Source of the DNA: Minisyncoccota bacterium
GTDB lineage: Bacteria > Patescibacteriota > Minisyncoccia > Minisyncoccales > Minisyncoccaceae
Direction of reading: 5' to 3'
DNA: 64,000 nt
NCBI GenBank assembly: GCA_041649435.1
Contig: JBAZNB010000003.1
Coordinates: 29,041 to 93,040 of the forward strand
The position numbers and the translations under genes are program-made. Positions 58,215-64,000 of the stretch are shown piece after piece. Each line of letters opens with the position of its first letter. Position 1 is the stretch's first letter. The notes under the pieces are model-generated. The model was given only the letters and a program-made list of their open reading frames with translations. It was not told the DNA's origin and ran no database searches.

Positions 58215-60329
58215 TTATTTCTTTGCTTCTTTTAATGATAGATTAATCCTGCCTTGTTCGTCAATAGAGATAACTTTTACCGGAATGATGTCATTTAGTT
58301 TTACAACGTCAGTTACTTTGTTTACGCGTTTGTTGTCTAAATGAGAAATATGAACCAATCCCTCTTGTCCTGGTAGAATTTCAACAAAAGCGCCAAAATC
58401 CATTATCCTTTTTACTGTTCCTTGATAAATTTCTCCCACTTCCACTTCTTTAACAATATTATTTATCCAATCAATAGCTTTTTTGGCTGATTCTTGATTT
58501 TCCGAAGTAATGAATATTTCTCCAGAATCTTCGATATCAATAGTAACATTGCAAGTTTCTATTATTTCATTAATTATTTTTCCACCAGTTCCAATTACTT
58601 CTCCAATTTTTTCCGGATTTATTTTAATAACAAAAATTCTTGGAGCATAAGGAGATAATTCTTTTCTTGGTTCAACTAAGGTTTGAGTCATAGTATTTCT
58701 TATCTCTTCTCTAGCTGGACGCGATTGTTCAAGCGCTTGCTTGATAATTTTATCGGTTATTCCCCTTATTTTAATATCCATTTGCAGAGCAGTAATTCCT
58801 TTTTCTGTGCCGGCAACTTTAAAATCCATATCACCATAATGATCTTCTTCTCCTTGAACATCAGTTAAAACAACATATTCTTTATCTTCAGAGCTTTTTT
58901 CGTTATTTATTTCCATCATTAATCCCATAGCAATTCCAGAAACAGGCCTTTTAATTGGCACACCTCCATCCATAAGCGCTAAACAAGCAGCGCAAGTTGA
59001 GGCCATAGAACTTGATCCATTTGAACACAAAACTTCAGAAACAACCCTGATTGTATAAGGAAATTCTTCTGCCGAAGGAATCATTGGACGGAGAGCTTTT
59101 TCTGCTAACATTCCATGCCCTATTTCTCTTCGGCCAGGGCCACGCATGGGTCCTGTTTCGCCGACACAATAAGGAGGAAAATTATAATTATGCATAAATC
59201 TTTTTTTGCCCTGAATTTCCATTTCGTCAATAATTTTTTGATCTCCCGGAGCGCCCAAAGTAAGAAAAGATAAAACTTTTGTCTGGCCGCGGGTAAACAA
59301 GCCGGTGCCATGGGTTCTTTTAAATAATCCTGTCTGGCAATTTAATTCCCTTAATTGGGTTATTTTTCGGCCATCTGTTCTAAGACCCATTTTTATTGCT
59401 CCATGATGCATGGTTTTTTCTGTTTCCATTTCAAAAATATTCAAACCCTGTCTTAATTGTTGAGGATCGTCATTTAAAGCTTTTAAATGTTCGGCTAATT
59501 CATTTTTTAAATTTTCAATAGTATCTGTTTTTTTAAATAAAGCTTTTTCCAGGCGATTGCCAAGAAAATTAATTACTTCTTTTTTTAGCTCTTCGTTAAT
59601 TGGGTATTCTTTTATTTTTATTTTTTCTTTTCCGATTTCTTTTTGGATTTTTTCTTGAAAGTCTAAAATTTCTTTTTGAATTTTTTTCGTTTCCGCAAAA
59701 GCCGTTAAAAGCATTTCTTCAGAAACCTCTTTTAGTCCAGCTTCAATCATATTAACTAAAATTTCTTTTCCCGATTCGGATCTTAAAGCGGAAATCATTA
59801 AATCCATATTCCCCTCTTCTCTTTCTTTGGCTGTTGGGAAAATAATTATTTGACCATCTTTTTCTCCTACTCTAATTGGGGCAACCGGACCACTCCAAGG
59901 AATATCAGAACAAAGCAAGGCAACTGAGGCAGCCAATAAACTTAAAGAAGCCGGGTCTGATTCTTGATCCCAAGACAAGCAAGTGACAACAAGCTGGACT
60001 TCATGATGCAAATCAGATGGAAAAAGCGGGCGAATTGCTCGATCAATTAGTCTTGATGTTAAGATGGATTGTTCTGATGGCCGCCCTTCCCTTTTCATAA
60101 AACGGGAGCCAAGTATTTTTCCAACTGCATAATATTTTTCTTCGTATAATACTGTTAAAGGAAAAAAATCTGCATTTTCAATTTCTTTTTTTGCGATAAC
60201 GCAATTGGCCATTACAACAGTATCGCCGTATTTTACAAAAACAGAACTGTTTGCTCTTTCGGCCAAGCCATTAAATTCTATTTCTAGCAATTTATTGTTA
60301 ATTTCTGTTTTAAATAATTTTGTTTCCAT
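58215..60329 (-). CDS. pnp: polyribonucleotide nucleotidyltransferase (PNPase)
   Basis: 704 aa; two RNase PH domains, KH and C-terminal S1 (GTVKRIMDFGAFVEI). Confidence 0.95.
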   Translation of the reverse strand: METKLFKTEINNKLLEIEFNGLAERANSSVFVKYGDTVVMANCVIAKKEIENADFFPLTVLYEEKYYAVGKILGSRFMKREGRPSEQSILTSRLIDRAIRPLFPSDLHHEVQLVVTCLSWDQESDPASLSLLAASVALLCSDIPWSGPVAPIRVGEKDGQIIIFPTAKEREEGNMDLMISALRSESGKEILVNMIEAGLKEVSEEMLLTAFAETKKIQKEILDFQEKIQKEIGKEKIKIKEYPINEELKKEVINFLGNRLEKALFKKTDTIENLKNELAEHLKALNDDPQQLRQGLNIFEMETEKTMHHGAIKMGLRTDGRKITQLRELNCQTGLFKRTHGTGLFTRGQTKVLSFLTLGAPGDQKIIDEMEIQGKKRFMHNYNFPPYCVGETGPMRGPGRREIGHGMLAEKALRPMIPSAEEFPYTIRVVSEVLCSNGSSSMASTCAACLALMDGGVPIKRPVSGIAMGLMMEINNEKSSEDKEYVVLTDVQGEEDHYGDMDFKVAGTEKGITALQMDIKIRGITDKIIKQALEQSRPAREEIRNTMTQTLVEPRKELSPYAPRIFVIKINPEKIGEVIGTGGKIINEIIETCNVTIDIEDSGEIFITSENQESAKKAIDWINNIVKEVEVGEIYQGTVKRIMDFGAFVEILPGQEGLVHISHLDNKRVNKVTDVVKLNDIIPVKVISIDEQGRINLSLKEAKK

Positions 60330-60339
60330 AATTTTACAA

Positions 60340-60371
60340 ATAGAAAAATACGGCCCTAAGATTTAAGGCCG
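60340..60371 (-). terminator. rpsO-pnp intergenic hairpin (terminator/attenuator-like)
   Basis: cggcc-11 nt-ggccg hairpin (60351-60371) overlapping the rpsO stop, followed on the minus strand by a T-rich tract. Confidence 0.45.
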
Positions 60372-60622
60372 ATTTTTTTAGTGATTTCTTTATAGATTTT
60401 TTCGTCGGTCTTTTGAAGGTATTTTAAAAGTTTTCTTCTTTTAGAAACCATTTTCAAAAGTCCTTTTTTTGAATGAATATCTTTTTTGTGCTCTTTCAAG
60501 TGCTCTAATAGTTTTTCAATTTCTTTGGACAATAAAGCGACTTGAACTTCAGCTGAACCAGTATCTTTTTCGTGAGTTTTGAACTTATCAATAATACTTG
60601 TTTTGTCTTCTGGTGATAACAT
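60356..60622 (-). CDS. rpsO: 30S ribosomal protein S15
   Basis: 88 aa; LSPEDKTSIIDKF...GSAEVQVALLS is classic S15. Confidence 0.9.
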   Translation of the reverse strand: MLSPEDKTSIIDKFKTHEKDTGSAEVQVALLSKEIEKLLEHLKEHKKDIHSKKGLLKMVSKRRKLLKYLQKTDEKIYKEITKKIGLKS

Positions 60623-60737
60623 TTTTTTATTTTTTAATTTTTATTATGCGCCTTGTTTTAGTTTTTTAACCAAAACAGGTGTCTCTTCAATATTTAATTG
60701 TTAATAAGATTGTCTTTTTTATCGCAGGCTTCCGTTG

Positions 60738-60810
60738 TGCCCCGTGAGGGATTCGAACCCACGACCTTGAAGTTAAGAGCTTCCTGCTCTACCAACTGAG
60801 CTAACGGGGC
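60738..60810 (-). tRNA. tRNA-Lys (anticodon CTT)
   Basis: Manual cloverleaf: acceptor GCCCCGT/ACGGGGC, D-arm GCTC-AGTTGGTA-GAGC, anticodon loop CTCTTAA (U33, CUU, A37), T-loop TTCGAAT with one U-U mismatch in the T-stem. No encoded CCA. Confidence 0.7.
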
Positions 60811-60842
60811 CTATTTAGATTAACAGAATTTCTTGATTAAAA

Positions 60843-61280
60843 TTAAGGCGTGGTTTGCGTGGTGAAAAATTGTAATAGCCAATTGCTTTGAGTTGGTCCT
60901 CCAATAAAACTGATAAACCAGTACACTAACATCCAAGCGGAATAAACCAGGATTATTCCAATAACAGCGGCAGTAACCATATCTTTAGCTTGTTTTGTTT
61001 TCCCCGGATCTCCCCCAGAGGTTAGCATTAAGAATCCAGCATAAGCAAACCAAATCACTATTAATGGCGGAACTAATTGCCATAAAATAAAATTTATTAT
61101 GCTTTGGACTAAACAAAATAAGTCTGCCAAGGTGCAGGCAGGCTGGCCTTCATTTCCACAGCAAACAATTGAGTCGCAAGTTGGACAAGTGGCAGCACTG
61201 GTAATAATTGGAAAAGCAATGAAAACTAAAAAAAGAAGGCCAATTAAAGAAAAATATTTATATTTTTTATTAAAAATCAT
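60843..61280 (-). CDS. free-standing VirB2/TrbC-like pilin-module protein (Cys-rich N-terminal segment)
   Basis: 145 aa; signal peptide, CPTCDSIVCCGNEGQPAC, then helix-loop-helix AGFLMLTSGGDPGKTKQAKDMVTAAVIGIILVYSAWML. Architecture and motif are the same as the N-terminal modules of the four paralogs at 35483-43311. Confidence 0.5.
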   Translation of the reverse strand: MIFNKKYKYFSLIGLLFLVFIAFPIITSAATCPTCDSIVCCGNEGQPACTLADLFCLVQSIINFILWQLVPPLIVIWFAYAGFLMLTSGGDPGKTKQAKDMVTAAVIGIILVYSAWMLVYWFISFIGGPTQSNWLLQFFTTQTTP

Positions 61281-61350
61281 CTTTTTTTAGGTTGCTATTC
61301 TGGGTTGAGTATAGTTTATTTTGTTTAAAAAATCAAGGCTTTTTAAGTTC

Positions 61351-61483
61351 GGCCTCGGGCCCGTCGGCCCTCCGGCTTCGAGTCCGAAAATTATACGGCA
61401 GGACTCGCCCTTCTGTAATTTTCTGGTGAAAATTCCTCAGGGCCGGCCTCGGGCCCGTCGGCCCTCCGGCTTCGAGTCCGAAA
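61351..61483. repeat. two copies of a GC-rich 39-nt direct repeat (period 94 nt) with an intervening tRNA-Arg 3'-end-like fragment
   Basis: ggcctcgggcccgtcggccctccggcttcgagtccgaaa at 61351-61389 and 61445-61483; contains T-loop-like TTCGAGTCC. The segment cggcaggactcg(c)cc at 61396-61410 matches the 3' part of the adjacent tRNA-Arg. Confidence 0.7.
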
Positions 61484-61489
61484 GTAATT

Positions 61490-61519
61490 AAAAGAGAGGG
61501 GCATTTGCCCCTCTCTTTT
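61490..61519. terminator. perfect 9-bp stem hairpin terminator downstream of tRNA-Arg
   Basis: gagaggggc-attt-gcccctctc flanked by aaaa / tttt. Confidence 0.65.
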
Positions 61520-61525
61520 AATTAG

Positions 61526-61597
61526 TGCCCCCGGCAGGACTCGAACCCACACCGCTGGTTCCGAAGACCAGAACTCTATCCGTTGAGCTACGGGGGC
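61526..61597 (-). tRNA. tRNA-Arg (anticodon TCG)
   Basis: Manual cloverleaf: acceptor GCCCCCG/CGGGGGC, D-arm GCTC-AACGGATA-GAGT, anticodon stem CTGGT/ACCAG with loop CTTCGGA (U33, UCG), T-loop TTCGAGT. 72 nt, no encoded CCA. Confidence 0.7.
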
Positions 61598-61630
61598 AGA
61601 TATAAAAAATACAACGTATTTACTTAAAAG

Positions 61631-62302
61631 TCAAAGTTTATTTTTAAAAAACTTTATTCGGAAAGCAGGAACCGTATCTTGATCAAACAAAAGACGATTT
61701 TCTATTAATTCCCGTTTTTTCTTTTGGTCATTAATATTTTTTATTTCTTTAATCGGACTTAGCCTTTTAATAAAAATTGGGAAAAGAGAGATTAAAAGTA
61801 AAAACCCTGGAGCTTGCCATTTAGTAAAAGCAAATCCTAAAAAAATTCCAAACAATAAAGACAAAATAGTGCCGATTGAAGCAGTCCAAATAAAAGTAAA
61901 GATAATACAAGGAATAACAATAATAAAAAGAAAAACAGGAGAAAATCCAATAATTGCGCCAACTAATGTCGCTAATCCCCTTCCCCCTTTACCCTTAACA
62001 AAAATAGACCAATTGTGTCCTAAAATAGCGCAGAGTCCTGCCAAAACTTGAACAAAAAGAGGAAGTCCTAGCTTTTGAGATAAATAAATTACTAAAAATC
62101 CTTTACCAACGTCTAACAAAAAAGCTAAAATTCCCGGCAATTTTCCAATATTTTTGATAACATTACTAGCTGAACTTTTTTTCCAGCCTAATTCAAAGAC
62201 ATTTTTTTTGGTAAAAATTTTTGTAATCAAATAACTGAAAGGAATAGATCCAAGCAAATAAGAAAAGATAAAAAAACCAAAAGATAATAAAATTTGAGAC
62301 AT
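61631..62302 (-). CDS. plsY: glycerol-3-phosphate acyltransferase PlsY family protein (paralog A)
   Basis: 223 aa polytopic; GSIPFSYLI...SASNVIKNIG...LDVGKG pattern. Confidence 0.65.
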   Translation of the reverse strand: MSQILLSFGFFIFSYLLGSIPFSYLITKIFTKKNVFELGWKKSSASNVIKNIGKLPGILAFLLDVGKGFLVIYLSQKLGLPLFVQVLAGLCAILGHNWSIFVKGKGGRGLATLVGAIIGFSPVFLFIIVIPCIIFTFIWTASIGTILSLLFGIFLGFAFTKWQAPGFLLLISLFPIFIKRLSPIKEIKNINDQKKKRELIENRLLFDQDTVPAFRIKFFKNKL

Positions 62303-62303
62303 T

Positions 62304-63026
62304 TTATTTTATTAAATAATTTTTTGCTTTTATTTTTTTTATTTGTTCTTCTAACCGATCGGAATGAGCTAAAAGCACTGGCAATAAAGGCAAGCAAACA
62401 ATTGCAAAAACATAAGGGTTCAAGAAATAAATTAGTCCTAATCCTAAAATTTCTCCAATCAAGCGGCCTAAAATCTGATTATTAATAGCGCGAGGAATTA
62501 ATTTTTTATTAAATTTTTGGCCAGCCAAAATTTCTCCGATAATTATTGCTAAAAGGACTATTCCTGCCCAAAGCCAAGCAATCTGACAATTTAAAAACAA
62601 GGCAATGCCAAATAAAGTTGCCGCTCCTCGACCGCCTTTAAATTTAAGAAATATAGAATGATTATGCCCAACAACTGAAAACAAGGAAGCAATCATTGAA
62701 GAGATTAAAATCATAACAGTGGATCCTTCTAGGCCAAGTAAAAGAGGATTAGTTATTGTGGCTAAAGCTAATTTTTGAGCTAAAATAACAGCAATAACAC
62801 CCTTACCTGCATCTAATAAAAATACAGCCAAAAAAGATAAAGCTCCAATCATTTTTCCCCCCTTTGTTGTTCCAATTCTTAAAGTATTCAAGGCGCCAAT
62901 ATTTTTAGATCCTGTTTGGCGAGGATCTTGTTTGAAAATTAATTTATTAAAAACAAGGGCGAAAGGAATAGATCCAATCAGATAAGAGAAAATAGCAATA
63001 ATCAATAAAATTGGAAATAAAGTCAT
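62304..63026 (-). CDS. plsY: glycerol-3-phosphate acyltransferase PlsY family protein (paralog B)
   Basis: 240 aa; GSIPFALVF...GSKNIGALNTLR...LDAGKG, closer to the PlsY consensus than paralog A. Confidence 0.7.
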   Translation of the reverse strand: MTLFPILLIIAIFSYLIGSIPFALVFNKLIFKQDPRQTGSKNIGALNTLRIGTTKGGKMIGALSFLAVFLLDAGKGVIAVILAQKLALATITNPLLLGLEGSTVMILISSMIASLFSVVGHNHSIFLKFKGGRGAATLFGIALFLNCQIAWLWAGIVLLAIIIGEILAGQKFNKKLIPRAINNQILGRLIGEILGLGLIYFLNPYVFAIVCLPLLPVLLAHSDRLEEQIKKIKAKNYLIK

Positions 63027-63044
63027 ATTTTAATTAAAACATTA

Positions 63045-63923
63045 TTAATCTTCAATGAAACAACAAATTAAAGTTCCTGGGCCAGTGTGCGATCCAATTG
63101 CTCGACCCATAGTGGCTAAAAATTCTATTTTTATTTCCGGAAAATTTTTAACAATTAAATCTTTTAGTTTTTCTGCTTCAAACAAAGTATCAGAATGAGA
63201 AATACCAATACTTATTTTTTTTCCTTGAGCCAATGGCTCTTTTACGAGCCCTTCTATTTGTTTAAATAAAGCATTGGCCGTATCTTTAGCTTGCATTTTT
63301 AAATTAGCTGGTTTAACCATGCCGTCAATAATTGATAATAAAGGCCTCATTCCTATTTTTTGCATTTGTTCTAATAATACAGCGATTGGATGGCTTAATC
63401 TACCTCCAGCCTCAAGCCAATAAGGGCTTTCAATCATGCCGAATAATTTTGTTTGAGGTTTTAAGATTTCAATTTTTTTAACAATTTCTTCAACTTTCAT
63501 TCCAGCTTTATCCATTTCCGCGGCTTTAATTGCAAGCATTGTTTCTGCGGCATCAGCATTAAAAGAATCAATCACAAAAATTCTTTTTTGATCTTCTTCG
63601 CTAAACATTTTTTTTGCTTGAATTGCGGAATTATAGGTTCCAGAAATTCCCGAGCTTATCGTGATTGCTAAAACATTAGAAGCTTTTTTAAAAGCTTGCT
63701 CGTAAGCTTTTTTAAAAGTTCCGATTGATGGCTGGGAAGTTTTTGGAGTTGTTTTAACATTCATTCTTTTAGCTTCGCGCATTTTTTCAAAAAGATTTTT
63801 TCCAAAAATTCCAGCTTCTTCGGGCCAATCGATTTTAAATTCAACAATATTGAATTCGAATTTTTCTACTATTTCCGGAGTGATTGGCGCGCTATCACCG
63901 ATGATTATAGCAAGATTTTTCAT
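63045..63923 (-). CDS. DegV family fatty-acid-binding protein
   Basis: 292 aa; N-terminal IAIIIGDSAPITPE pattern and length typical of DegV. Confidence 0.75.
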   Translation of the reverse strand: MKNLAIIIGDSAPITPEIVEKFEFNIVEFKIDWPEEAGIFGKNLFEKMREAKRMNVKTTPKTSQPSIGTFKKAYEQAFKKASNVLAITISSGISGTYNSAIQAKKMFSEEDQKRIFVIDSFNADAAETMLAIKAAEMDKAGMKVEEIVKKIEILKPQTKLFGMIESPYWLEAGGRLSHPIAVLLEQMQKIGMRPLLSIIDGMVKPANLKMQAKDTANALFKQIEGLVKEPLAQGKKISIGISHSDTLFEAEKLKDLIVKNFPEIKIEFLATMGRAIGSHTGPGTLICCFIED

Positions 63924-63962
63924 GTTTTTATTTATTAAAGGGTTGCATTATTTTATTGTTGC

Positions 63963-64000
63963 CAAGAAAGAATCATTGTTCCTGGACCGGTGTGCGATCC
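63963..64000 (-). CDS. second DegV-family gene, 3' end only (runs off window)
   Basis: Window end encodes ...GSHTGPGTLICCFIED-like C-terminus, near-identical to the end of 63045-63923. This implies tandem DegV paralogs. Confidence 0.4.

Noticed and set aside
60738-60810. Doubt about tRNA-Lys because of a U-U mismatch in the T-stem
   Set aside because: Acceptor, D, anticodon (U33-CUU-A37) and T-loop (TTCGAAT) elements are all canonical, so a single non-Watson-Crick pair does not overturn the call. Kept at moderate confidence.
61351-61483. Possible CRISPR array (GC-rich direct repeats)
   Set aside because: Only two repeat copies, a 55-nt 'spacer' containing a tRNA fragment, and no cas genes anywhere in the window. 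This is not a CRISPR array.

Overview
This is a low-GC (roughly 30% by eye) bacterial chromosomal segment. The gene set (tiny standalone domains, lamin-tail-domain protein, giant pilins, duplicated plsY/DegV) looks like a Patescibacteria/CPR-type genome; that lineage call is an inference. The ORFs read in the standard genetic code. The window contains an F-type ATP synthase operon (atpB-[atpZ-like]-atpE-atpF-atpH-atpA-atpG), a Mur ligase, ruvA/ruvB/ruvC/yebC, rpsT, holA, fpg, a small two-component cluster, tsaE, a PilB-like ATPase with a giant type IV pilin, tyrS, a class A PBP, and the replication-origin neighbourhood (dnaN-dnaA | rpmH-rnpA-yidC-jag). Two accessory regions stand out. (1) A roughly 16 kb type IV secretion-like or pilus-like locus (27.3-43.3 kb). 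It holds a VirB3-like gene, a VirB4-like ATPase split by a single in-frame TAA, a VirB6/TrbL-like polytopic protein, an SPFH protein, and four tandem paralogous secreted proteins. Each paralog carries an N-terminal VirB2/TrbC-like pilin module fused to a large extracellular domain, and one is 1255 aa and very Cys-rich. A fifth, free-standing pilin-module gene sits between two tRNAs at 60.8-61.3 kb. No relaxase or coupling protein is present, so this is not a classical conjugation system. (2) A roughly 8.1 kb integrative element with visibly higher GC, inserted into comM/yifB and splitting it into two fragments. It carries a large serine recombinase, an Xis-like HTH, a replication/regulator HTH, a terS-like HTH, and a restriction-modification module (two beta-class MTases plus an HNH nuclease). 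attB and attP can be reconstructed from the two junctions. Other features are pnp-rpsO, tRNA-Lys(CTT), tRNA-Arg(TCG), GC-rich direct repeats with tRNA fragments, and tandem coiled-coil paralogs.
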